32,723 nt of DNA from the NCBI GenBank assembly GCA_020184695.1, contig JAANOX010000129.1, positions 1 through 32,723 on the forward strand, given 5' to 3'. Source of the stretch: Histomonas meleagridis 2922-C6/04-290x. Lineage: Eukaryota; Protista; Parabasalia. Shown piece after piece: positions 1 through 14,579 of the stretch. Both the position numbers and the translations under genes were made by a program. The notes below the pieces were generated by a model. The model was given only the letters and a program-made list of their open reading frames with translations, did not search any database and had not been told where the DNA came from. The stretch's first letter is position 1, and the number at the start of each line of letters is the position of its first letter.

Positions 1-239
1 AATTTATTTTGTTGTAAATTATTGGCAGCATAATTCAAAGAAAATGAAAAATGTCATTTTGTTATTGTACGATTATTTAAACACAATAATGCGAATGATA
101 ATGCTATATTAATAGTTCGCTAAACATGTCTGAATTAATAATTCAATTTGATTTCGAAAATGTATTTGATTTAGAAAACTTATTCGATTTACTAAATAAA
201 TATGTTTGTGTTAAAGTATGTGTTGTGTAAATATCTTAA

Positions 240-2140
240 GAACTTCCTTTATTTATAATCACCTGCCCTTTTCATTCATTCATCTCCGATATTATCTAAT
301 AAATAAACATTTATAAGTTTTTTAAGTGCAAGATAAATTATTTGTACATTTTTACTTTGTAATAACCCACATGAAAGATTCTCGAAAAATCCTAAATTAA
401 GATCATATGGGAAAACTTCATTTCCCATCAATTTATTATCAGATCCTATTAGTGAAACAATCGCAGATTGTAAAAATGAAAATTAGATATTTAAAGATAA
501 TTCTTTATCATGTTGTGTTATTTGATTAACATTTAATTCTTGATTATTATCGAAACGAATGTTGTTATTATATGAATTAAATTAATCGTCCATAAATATT
601 TGGAATACAATCACATTAGAAATCAGAAACAATAATATTACTTTTATAAGTAATAAATTTTGTTTTTGTGTCACTATCTGCATAAAAAATATTACCATTA
701 AAATTAATATTTTTTTTCTTCTATTTCAAATGTAATATTAAATTTTTTTTCAATATCATTTATTATTTTTTGAGTTCCAAACATTTTCCCAGATGGTATT
801 TCTATATTAATATTATTTTTATAGAAATGTTATTAATTTTTATTGTACTATATATATAATGATGATTCCAATCACCTTGTTGAATTTTACTTAAAATTTC
901 GTTCTCTGAAAGGAACCACTTCGATTAAATACATTATTTTTTGATTTATTATTATAACAATCTATATAATAATGAGTAAAAGGTCTTGCTGTTTTTACTG
1001 TTTCATAGATTGGAAAATCAATATTTTGTTCAGAAATATAACGAATTCAGGTTTGAATATATAACTTAATTAAAAATATATTATTAGGTTTCATACAAAC
1101 ACTTTTTAATTTGATGACATCTCCGAATTTTATTGATTCATCTGCAGCAATTATTGCAAAAATAAGGACAAGATAATATTCAAAAAAAATCATTAAAAAT
1201 TGTTAATATAATTTCTTTAGTTAATTTTTTGATTATCAAATTAGAATTCTGATTTAATATGTTTCTAAATCCATAAATAATTTGTGGGAATGTTAGAATA
1301 ATTGAATGCAATTGATACTGTGCAATTAACATAAAATACTTTATAATTAGCATGGAATGCTTTAAAGATATTCATTTGTAATATATAAGCATTTATAAAA
1401 ATTTATTTATATATTGATGCTACTAAATTCTAAAATTTAACAATAAGCAAACTTTTGCAAAATATAAATTTCTAGAAACACAACAAAATACAATAATTAT
1501 ACTCAAAATTTAAAGTTTAGAAAATTAATGATTACATAATTTTATTTATATTAATTAAAATATTGAAACCTAATTAAACTCCGAAGATCATCAAAATAAT
1601 TAACCAATTTTTTTCGAAAACACCACTCATAAATGTATAATTGATATGAATATTGAGTATAAATCGATCGTCTGAAAGCCATTGAATAAACTCTCAATTT
1701 GATAGAGTAAAATTTTGATAAATATCTTCCATAGTGTTGATTTTATCGAGAAAATTTCTCATCATGCTGAATTGAAATTTGAATCAAAATATTTTCACTG
1801 AAAAAGTTATCACACTTTGAATAATCATCCAATAATTCATACTTTCTTAGAGTTATTAGAAAATTTGTGTTGATATAAAAACGATTGTTTTTTCAACTTC
1901 AAATATTGAATAATATCTCAAAAAGCATATTTTATGACATATTCAATCTATCCATTATAATCCAGCTCGACCTATGTGATTTATTGGCAATTTAACCACA
2001 ATTTCATCATCATCATCAAAAAAAAAAAAATCCATTTTACCGATTTTTGTTGAAAGGTCCATTAAAAGTGCATATTTTAAATCATTCTTTTTGGTGAAAT
2101 TACGAAAGGAATCTTTGATTGCTATTGAACACAAAATCAA
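240..2140 (-). pseudogene. Heavily degraded coding-like remnant(s), family unassigned
   Basis: Minus-strand stretches translate into protein-like runs (e.g. SFLQSAIVSLIGSDNKLMGNEVFPYDLNLGFFENLSCGLLQSKNVQIIYLALKKLINVYLLDNIG, ~270-480) broken by stops and frameshifts. No diagnostic motif; limits approximate. Confidence 0.2.
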
Positions 2141-2186
2141 CTGTTGGTGTTCAGAAAGAATGTTGATACAAAAAGTGGATTTTTTC

Positions 2187-2616
2187 CCCTTAAATCGACT
2201 TTTTTGAAGAATTTACTGATTCTCTTTTTCCATTCTTGGTCTATAATATTATCATATTATCGACTATATTTATGCAAGGAATCATATAAAATTTTTTTGC
2301 CATTTTGGAGAAAAATTACATTATTTTAAAACTCTTTGACATTGCAAAAACCAATTGGAATTTATACTAAAAAATAAATCTCATGATATGCATAAGTTAA
2401 ATATAAAATTTCATCAAAAAATATGGAAATTTTTGAATCATCACGTATTTCTAAAAAAAATTTTATCATATATTTTTCAATGTTATCCAAATGTTTAACT
2501 GATGTACATATGTTGCTTTGAGTATCTAAGAATTAAAATGATTTTATATTGGAAAAAAATCCACTTTTTTAAAATTTACCTCAAAACACCGAAATTTTAT
2601 TCATTTATATTTACAT
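2187..2616 (+). repeat. ~430-bp dispersed non-coding repeat, copy A (diverged inverted copy at 18731-19164)
   Basis: The reverse complement of 18731-19164 aligns by eye along its length, e.g. shared ctcatgatatgcataagttaaatataaaatttcatcaaaaaatatggaaatttttgaatcatcacgtatttct and caccgaaattttattcatttatattt. Confidence 0.9.
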
Positions 2617-3048
2617 ATGTAGCTTATATTTTTAAATAAAACCTAGACCATTCAAATCAAAATTTCCTGTATGATATTTTTTAATTTAGCGAAAAAATTT
2701 GTACATCACGCTATTATCATCATATTGATTGATTTAGTGAAATTTTGCAAATTTTTGATGAAAAGTGCAGATTTCTAGGTCATTTCTTAGTATTATAATA
2801 ATAAATTAATTTTTTATAAATGGATACATAGTGCGCATGTAATGGATATGCTTAACTTGATTTTTCTTTAAATTTTGATTTTTGAAAATTATTATCAAAT
2901 TTCATAATTCTTTTTCCAATCAAGCATATCCATTTAATAGATCATCCAAAAATAAACTTATCTATATCAAAAAAGTTAATCAAAACGACTTAGATATCAA
3001 GTTATGGTTGATTTTATGATGATTTACGACTCTTAAATAAATTGTTTT

Positions 3049-4502
3049 TTGAATCATTTGAAATCGTGATCATCATTTAGTAAAGTATTGATTTCACACG
3101 AATTTTGTGTTGCTCTAACTTCTTGAAATAATCAAGGACTTACATAAAAAATCAAACTATTGAAAATAACACGTAAAGGCATCTTTCTTTCGAAATATTT
3201 TTTAGGTCACAATTATTATTGCTTCTTTGAACAATATGATCTCGATGAATATGAAATTCACATTCATGATGTTTATCATCTTTATTTCTCATTCAGTACA
3301 AAAATTTGATGACGCTACGGCAACACTAACAATTACAAAGTCAAGTGAATTTACAGACGAATACAAAAACAAAGCAAAGCATGTTATCATTTCAAGTGGA
3401 ATAACAAATATTCCTAATAAAGCTTTTTATTATGAATGAACTTTATTGAGTACTGTTGAAATTAGTAACTCAGTCGAAACAATTGGAGAAAGAGCATTTG
3501 GTTATTGTTCTGTTTTAAAAAAAGTTTCAGTTGGAGAAGGTATTACAGATCTAGGAGAATCTGCATTCCAATATTGTAAAGCATTATTAAACTTTACTTT
3601 TAAAGGTCCTCTTACAACAGTTGGATCAGAAGTATTCTATAGGTGCACTAGTCTTGAAACTGTAATTTTTGAAGAAGGTGTTCAGTCAATAGGTTACTTT
3701 ATGTTTTATAAATGCTCTAATCTTCAATATGTTACAATTCCAAGTACAGTTACTTCAATATCAATCAATCCATTTACTTACTGCAGTAAACTTCAAATGA
3801 TAAACATTTCAGAAAACAATCAGCATTATTTACAAGTTGATGGTGTTTTATTTGATAGGAGTTTGAAAAAGATTATAAGTTAAAAAAATGGGAAAACCAT
3901 CAAAAGAATATAAACTTCCTGATTCAGTAATTTCTATTGAAAAATGTGCATTTGCAAATTGTATTAATTTATTATCAATTACATTAGGAACAAATGTGAA
4001 TACTATAAAAAATTTTGCATTCTCTGAATGCGCGTTTCCAAGATTAGTAATTCCTGACTCTGTTATAGAAATTAAAAAACAAGCTTTTTATGATTGCCAT
4101 CAATTGGAAACAATAGTCATCGGTAAAAATGTAAAAGATATTCAAACTCTTGCATTTGGTTATTGTAAAATACTGAAATGTATTTACTTTTTTGGTGAAA
4201 CTTCTCCAAATATTGAAATGGATTCCTTTAGAAATGTTTTAGCGAAATCTGTTATGGTAAGTAAAACATATAGAGATAAAACATTTGGAGAATTAAAAAT
4301 AACCAAAGATACAATCGAAGGATGTACTTTGAATCCAACACCAACATTTACACCAAATGAAACAAATTCATTTTCACATACAAATGATGATAATTAAGTA
4401 ATCCTCTCAAAAGAATTTAATTAAGATAATTTTGTTGTTCACCCATGATCAAAAATTTTATTGAATAAAACATCAAAATTATCCCTAACCTTTGCATTTT
4501 AT

Positions 4503-4533
<31 letters not shown>

Positions 4534-4684
4534 TGAAATGTTCTAAATTGAATTAAATCACTTTTAATCACCAAAACATTTCTTAATTTTCTTCTGATTA
4601 CTCTCTGATAATTTTAATCTTCATTTCGGATATTAAATATTCCTTGTATAACTAGCTTTCAATGTTATAATTTTTTTATCTATT
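3049..4684 (+). repeat. Left arm of a ~1.63-kb near-identical inverted duplication (right arm 7657-9289)
   Basis: Sequence from ttgaatcatttgaaatc (3049) to tttttttatctatt (4684) recurs as a reverse complement at 7657-9289; the ORF track gives the same peptides on opposite strands. Confidence 0.97.
3227..4397 (+). pseudogene. BspA-like leucine-rich repeat (LRR_5/TpLRR) protein, copy 1; interrupted by an in-frame TGA (3437-3439) and a stop/frameshift at ~3881-3890
   Basis: Repeated TpLRR-type motifs (IGERAFGYCSVLKKVSV, IEKCAFANCINLLSITL, IKKQAFYDCHQLETIVI), hydrophobic N-terminus MNMKFTFMMFIIFISHS and short PT-rich tail EGCTLNPTPTFTPNET. ORFs 3227 and 3446 are in the same frame. The true start is probably a downstream ATG. 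Confidence 0.9.
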
Positions 4685-4716
4685 CAATGTCAGACCATAA
4701 AAATCAATCAACTCAA

Positions 4717-5232
4717 TTAAATGAAAGTGTGAAAACAATTGGATCTTATATGTTTCAATTTCAAAAACAGTTTCTTTGATATCATCAAATCCATTTGTTG
4801 ATTGTGACAATCTTCAAATTATAAATATTTCCAAAGAAAATCCATATTACACAGAACGTGATGGAGTTTTATATGATAAGAGTATTACAAAACTCATAAG
4901 TTATCCATATGGAAATTCATCTAAAGAATTTAAAGTTCCAGATTCAGTTATATCAATAGAAGAAAGTGCGTTTGAAATGTGTATAAAGTTATTATCAATT
5001 TCATTTGGAAGAAGTGTAAAAATTATAAAAAATAATGCATTTTCTGAATGTTTATTTACAAACATAACAATTCCTAACTCTGTTGTAGAAATTGGAATAG
5101 GTGCTTTTTCCATATGTGAAAAATTAAGCACGATTTTCATTGGAGCAAATGTAAAAAAAGTATTGGTAGTTCTGCCTTTAATTTTTTTGTACTTCACTCA
5201 AATGCATTTATTTTTTTATGGTGAAACAGAGA
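4717..5232 (+). pseudogene. BspA-like LRR fragment, truncated at both ends
   Basis: NPFVDCDNLQIINISKENPYYTERDGVLYDKSITKLISYPYG and IEESAFEMCIKLLSISF are paralogous to copy 1. The match stops abruptly after FFYGET. Confidence 0.85.
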
Positions 5233-6650
5233 TTAGACACAGGGTATTGGCATAACGGTCGTCATAAACGGTCGCATCGGTGGTAAAAAAATCCTTATCA
5301 AATTCTTTCATTACTTTAATTGCATCACCAATAAAATCAATTTCAAGAGAAGTTAAAGGTGTTAAATAAGATGTATTATCAATAAAATTACAAAAATCGA
5401 TATAATTATCAAGATCATTTGAATCGTTTTCAAATTTTTTAAAACAGCCATTAAAAATCATTTGTAATATATTTATTTTATATGATGTTAATTCATTAAT
5501 TAAATCAAATAAATCATTTAAACATTTATTTGGAATTTGTACTAAATTCTTTTGAAGTTTTCTTGAATCAATATAAAGTGAACCTCTATCAGCACAAACT
5601 CTAAATCGTGTTAAAGTTTCTATATCTTTTTTAAATTGTTTTATATCATTTTTTACTTTATTAAAATCAAAAATTAGATCTTTTTTTGTGAATCGAATTC
5701 TATTTCATCCAAATTTTCATCATTTTCAAATAATTTAATAATTTTTGTATTTCCACCTCTTTCAAATAAATAAGAATTTGGATCCCAAATTTGTCCAACG
5801 TGATATATTGGATAATATTCATTATATTGTTGAGCTAAAGCTTCTGCATCTTTATAAGATATTTCAATTGTATTTAAAACATGATATTTAATACTATCGA
5901 ATAAAATATTTGATGAAACCATTTGATTGAAATTTGGTCCATTTTTCAAATAAATCATTTAAGTCATTTATTTTCTTGGTGTTGATTCCTTAATTGTTGG
6001 CTTTGTATAATTCGTGATAAATTTTTTACATGAAAAATTGTTTCATTAAACGAACATCGAGTTAAATTTAATAACTCTATTAATGATGGAGTAATAATAA
6101 TTTTTCTTCATTAAAACAAACTTCGACTTTAAAAATAGAGAAAGTTCCGCAGTTATATTATTTTCGGCTTTTTTCCAACATTCTAATAAACCTTTCGCTA
6201 AATTTTCAAGTATTGTTATATCGATCATTCTAAATAATTGACATGCAGTAAATATTTCTTTTTTTACCACTGAATTCTGATATAATTTAATATTTCTTTT
6301 GCTCGAGAATTTTTAATTGTATCATGATCGGATTTCTTCTTACCATTAACTATAACAGAAAGGATAAAACACTTTACAATATTTATTAAATCAATACAGC
6401 AATGTTTTATATATGTTTAATCATAAATAAAGAACAAGATCCAACAAATTAATTATGATATTCCATCGATTATTGCAGAAGAATATAGAAATGTTGATGA
6501 AATCAAAACTCTTCGTGGTACATGTGACGCGGCGCATTTTTTGGTATTATCATCCATGAAATAGAATATTATCCTGACGCACAGAAAGATTACCCTTTTT
6601 TGTACGTTAAACCAAAAGTAACGTATTTTTTGATCATTTTTCTTCAATAT
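5232..6650 (-). pseudogene. Fragment of an axonemal dynein heavy-chain N-terminal stem (DNAH6-like), frameshifted
   Basis: Joined minus-strand frames read LFRMIDITILENL ... KLFENDENLDEIEF ... RGSLYIDSRKLQKNLVQIPNKCLNDL ... NYIDFCNFID. This resembles the DNAH6-type stem as I recall it (F.ENE.LD ... GLLLID.R.L...L.P.P..CL). No motor domain present; not database-verified. Confidence 0.55.
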
Positions 6651-7028
6651 CTCTAAATTACGAAATCATCCAAATGTGAAAATTTAACAAACAATTTTCC
6701 TCATTATTATGGATAATTTAACTCTGAAAGCTTTCCAATTTATCAATATTAATATTTTTTTCTATGTAATAATAATAATTTTTATGTTTCTCACTTTCTA
6801 ATGCAAATCAACACTTCTATTTATTCTAAAAAATATTTTTCATATATAATCCTTTTCATTGCCAAAGTTTTGGGCAAAAATAAAAAATTCATAATTATCA
6901 GATATTAAAGGTAGTTAAAACTCGATGGTTTTTTAAAATTATTTTTTTGTTATTCTCATCATATACATAAAAGGGTAAAAAGGGATAATGAAATCTATTG
7001 GTGTATTCAGTATCATCTATTGCAACAC

Positions 7029-7542
7029 AATATATAATCGTAATAATATATATAATCGTAATAATATATATAATCGTAATAATATATATAATCGTAATAA
7101 TATATATAATCGTAATAATATATATAATCGTAATAATATATATATAATCGTAATAATATATATAATCGTAATAATATATATATAATCGTAATAATATATA
7201 TATAATCGTAATAATATATATATAATCGTAATAATATATATATAATCGTAATAATATATATATAATCGTAATAATATATATATAATCGTAATAATATATA
7301 TATAATCGTAATAATATATATAATCGTAATAATATATATAATCGTAATAATATATATATAATCGTAATAATATATATATAATCGTAATAATATATATATA
7401 ATCGTAATAATATATATAATCGTAATAATATATATAATCGTAATAATATATATATAATCGTAATAATATATATAATCGTAATAATATATATAATCGTAAT
7501 AATATATATAATAGTAATAATATATATAATAGTAATAATATA
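7029..7542. repeat. Minisatellite, ~27 units of 18/20 bp (AATATATA[TA]TAATCGTAAT)
   Basis: Visible tandem array with length variation in the (TA) run; the last two units carry ATAGTA instead of ATCGTA. Confidence 0.97.
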
Positions 7543-7656
7543 TTATTTATAATCCTGATATTAGCATATATCATATCAAAAGCTTATAAAAAATTCATTT
7601 AATTTATTTTATTCACTGATACAAAATATAATTCACACTAATATTTCGAAAAATAA

Positions 7657-9289
7657 AATAGATAAAAAAATTATAACATTGAAAGCTAGTTATACAAGGA
7701 ATATTTAATATCCGAAATGAAGATTAAAATTATCAGAGAGTAATCAGAAGAAAATTAAGAAATGTTTTGGTGATTAAAAGTGATTTAATTCAATTTAGAA
7801 CATTTCAAATAATAATAATAATAATAATAAATAAAATAAAATGCAAAGGTTAGGGATAATTTTGATGTTTTATTCAATAAAATTTTTGATCATGGGTGAA
7901 CAACAAAATTATCTTAATTAAATTCTTTTGAGAGGATTACTTAATTATCATCATTTGTATGTGAAAATGAATTTGTTTCATTTGGTGTAAATGTTGGTGT
8001 TGGATTCAAAGTACATCCTTCGATTGTATCTTTGGTTATTTTTAATTCTCCAAATGTTTTATCTCTATATGTTTTACTTACCATAACAGATTTCGCTAAA
8101 ACATTTCTAAAGGAATCCATTTCAATATTTGGAGAAGTTTCACCAAAAAAGTAAATACATTTCAGTATTTTACAATAACCAAATGCAAGAGTTTGAATAT
8201 CTTTTACATTTTTACCGATGACTATTGTTTCCAATTGATGGCAATCATAAAAAAGCTTGTTTTTAATTTCTATAACAGAGTCAGGAATTACTAATCTTGG
8301 GAAACGCGCATTCAGAGAATGCAAAATTTTTTATAGTATTCACATTTGTTCCTAATGTAATTGATAATAAATTAATACAATTTGCAAATGCACATTTTTC
8401 AATAGAAATTACTGAATCAGGAAGTTTATATTCTTTTGATGGTTTTCCAGTTGGGTAACTTATAATCTTTGTCAAACTCCTATCAAATAAAACACCATCA
8501 ACTTGTAAATAATGCTGATTGTTTTCTGAAATGTTTATCATTTGAAGTTTACTGCAGTAAGTAAATGGATTGATTGATATTGAAGTAACTGTACTTGGAA
8601 TTGTAACATATTGAAGATTAGAGCATTTATAAAACATAAAGTAACCTATTGACTGAACACCTTCTTCAAAAATTACAGTTTCAAGACTAGTGCACCTATA
8701 GAATACTTCTGATCCAACTGTTGTAAGAGGACCTTTAAAAGTAACACGATTTAATGCTTTACAATATTGGAATGCAGATTCTCCTAGATCTGTAATACCT
8801 TCTCCAACTGAAACTTTTTTTAAAACATAACAAGAACCAAATGCTTTTTCTCCAATTGTTTTGACTGAGTTACTAATTTCAACAGTACTCAATAAAGTTC
8901 ATTCATAATAAAAAGCTTTATTAGGAATATTTGTTATTCCACTTGAAATGATAACATGCTTTGCTTTGTTTTTGTATTCGTCTGTAAATTCACTTGACTT
9001 TGTAATTGTTAGTGTTGCCGTAGCGTCATCAAATTTTTGTACTGAATGAGAAATAAAGATGATAAACATCATGAATGTGAATTTCATATTCATCGAGATC
9101 ATATTGTTCAAAGAAGCAATAATAATTGTGACCTAAAAAATATTTCGAAAGAAAGATGCCTTTACGTGTTATTTTCAATAGTTTGATTTTTTATGTAAGT
9201 TCTTGATTATTTCAAGAAGTTAAAGCAACACAAAATTCGTGTGAAATCAATACTTTACAAAATGATGGTCATGATTTCAAATGATTCAA
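7657..9289 (-). repeat. Right arm of the inverted duplication
   Basis: Reverse complement of 3049-4684. The outer junction coincides with the perfect 12-bp palindrome AAGTCTAGACTT (9288-9299). Confidence 0.97.
7941..9111 (-). pseudogene. BspA-like LRR protein, copy 2; same in-frame TGA (8899-8901) plus its own frameshift at ~8300
   Basis: ORFs 8899-9111, 8281-8892 and 7941-8324 match copy 1. This copy keeps the intact ISYPTG segment but has an extra C (tttcccaag vs tttccaag). Confidence 0.9.
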
Positions 9290-9399
9290 GTCTAGACTTA
9301 AGTTTAATTAAGGATAGACAGCATGCTGTTTTCACATACTAATAACTTATATCAAATCAAAATAAAAATTTAATATATAGAAACATTTTATTCATACAT

Positions 9400-12723
<3,324 letters not shown>

Positions 12724-12826
12724 AGAAAATCACGTTTGATTGCACAACAATTGCCAGAAGAATAAAATAACGAACGAAATGTAAACAATTCAATTACCAA
12801 TTAAAAGCGACAAGAAATTTTTGTAA

Positions 12827-13397
12827 ATGAGTGAAAGCAAAAGTAAATATGTTCATCCTTCTTGGAGCCCAATACAAAACTATAAGAAAAGTGTTAGAGG
12901 CACAGCACCTCAACATTTGCTTGACCCAAAAACTAGACACAAAATTTATAATTCAGTGTATTGGCTTCAATATTGTTTTGGTGTTAATTTAGTCGTTTTT
13001 GTTGATAGAGCACAAATGATTAAAGGCGTTGGTGGTCTTTATGGACATCTTAAACTTCCATGTGAATTTTTTTGTGCTTATTTTTCAAACTTCTTTGAAC
13101 TTGAACGAATTTTGGTGTGGTGTCTCACTTCCTCCTCTTACGCCAAGGGTTGGATTGCCTCCACGCCATTCACCATTAAATCATCTTAATGAAGCCCTTC
13201 GTGAAGAAGTTTTTGCAGAAATGGGAATGGCCCCTGATGGCCAACTATTTGAAGAAATAGAAGAAAAAAAGAAACTCAAACTGAAAGGCAAGCTCAAGTT
13301 CAAGTCAAAGAAAAACACAGAGAAACCTGTTATTGTTGATGAAATCGCAGAAGAAAATCGTATCCGCGCGCTTTTGGGCTTAAAACCATTGAAATGA
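12827..13397 (+). pseudogene. PRP38: Pre-mRNA splicing factor PRP38 homolog, frameshifted and lacking its central region
   Basis: VRGTAPQHLLDPKTRHKIYNSVYWLQYCFGVN...VDRA...VGGLYG...PCEF(L)CL.FKLLELE matches the PRP38 N-terminus (HGTNPQYLV...IYES.YW...CFG...VGG.YG...P..FLCL..K.L). It runs directly into the domain end FWCGVSLPPL; the KYVR..GA.Y.RL segment is absent. Confidence 0.85.
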
Positions 13398-13669
13398 TTC
13401 GTAAACGGCCACTTGTAAATAAACGTGTACACCTTCAACGTTTCAATATATTATTAAATTCGAAAACGCTTTTGATAACTCCTTATATTACAATTAAATT
13501 TAGAAAAAATGATTTTGAACATATAATAATAAAAAATAATGAAGATATTTTAATTATCTAAGATTTTAATTAACTTTATTTCACATTAAATAATCAAATT
13601 TACTTATTAATCAGTAATGCCCATTCAAATAAAAATACTTAAACTCTTTCATTGCCACCTGAAATTCTA

Positions 13670-14400
13670 AAAATGTGGCAAGCACGTATGGAAAAAAATG
13701 TTAATTTTATTTTCATAAAGAGAACGAAAAATTTCATTTCGATGAAATTCGATCGTTGTTTCAGATGCTTCTTTAAATGATGAATTGTTTTGTTCTCATA
13801 AATAAATAATTTCTAAGTTTCCACCTGCAATTGCATATTTAGATGTATTTTTAATATTAGAATTATTTGATAATAAATATTTAAAACATTTAATCAAACT
13901 AAAAAATGCACAATAATCAATTAATGAAACATTTTTAGTATTAACAAATGAACATCTTTCAGAAAGTGATGGTTCAATTATTTGATTAAAGTCAAATTCA
14001 TTATGTGATGATATTTCTTGAAGCTTTTCTAAATCATCATTTCGCAACCTCTAATGGATTAACTCCTTCTTTTACATATTGCATATGAAATTTCCAAGCA
14101 TCTTTTGATAATTTATGAGGTTCTGCCCATTTGTTCATTAATTTGTTTATTTCTTCTTTTTGTTTTATATTGAGAAAAATATAATGTGTTCACATTCTTT
14201 ACTGAAGATGGTTCACCTATTTCTTCTTCTGATCATCTTTTCAAGAAGGAAATATGATTCTTGCTTTTATTTTCAGTAAATATTTACAAAAATATTTGAA
14301 CAATATTAACTTCAGTTTTACTTTGGTCTTTTTTTCTTCTTCTTTTGCATTTAAAAATCAATAAATATTTAATATATGTATTTTTCATCATTAGCTTGAG
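13670..14400 (-). pseudogene. Ankyrin/DUF3447-type parabasalid family gene, copy 1, disrupted
   Basis: RNDDLEKLQEISS...SLIDYCAFFSLIKCFKYLL...YAIAGGNLEIIYL*EQNNSSFKEASETTIEFHRNEIF. Paralogous to 16110-16690. Limits approximate; family name from recollection. Confidence 0.7.
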
Positions 14401-14579
14401 AAACAAATGCTGAAATATAAGTATGGTAACAAGATAGTTAAATGTATATGGTAGTACATCAACAAATAAATTAATTGTTTCTTGAACTGATGTTTCTAAA
14501 TTATTTTCGCTTCGCGCCGTTTGCGGATCAAAGCGAAGCAAACAATAAGAAATTTTTAAAATAAACTTATTAAGATATA

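Noticed and set aside
2841-2934. 13-bp inverted repeat AATGGATATGCTT / AAGCATATCCATT with a 68-nt spacer
   Set aside because: Real but isolated; no second copy or TSD in the window to support a MITE or regulatory call.
6988-7574. ORFs 6988-7185 and 7017-7574
   Set aside because: Low-complexity translations of the minisatellite.
3035-9305. Foldback transposon with target-site duplication
   Set aside because: The flanks (…aattgtttt | gtctagact…) show no direct repeat.
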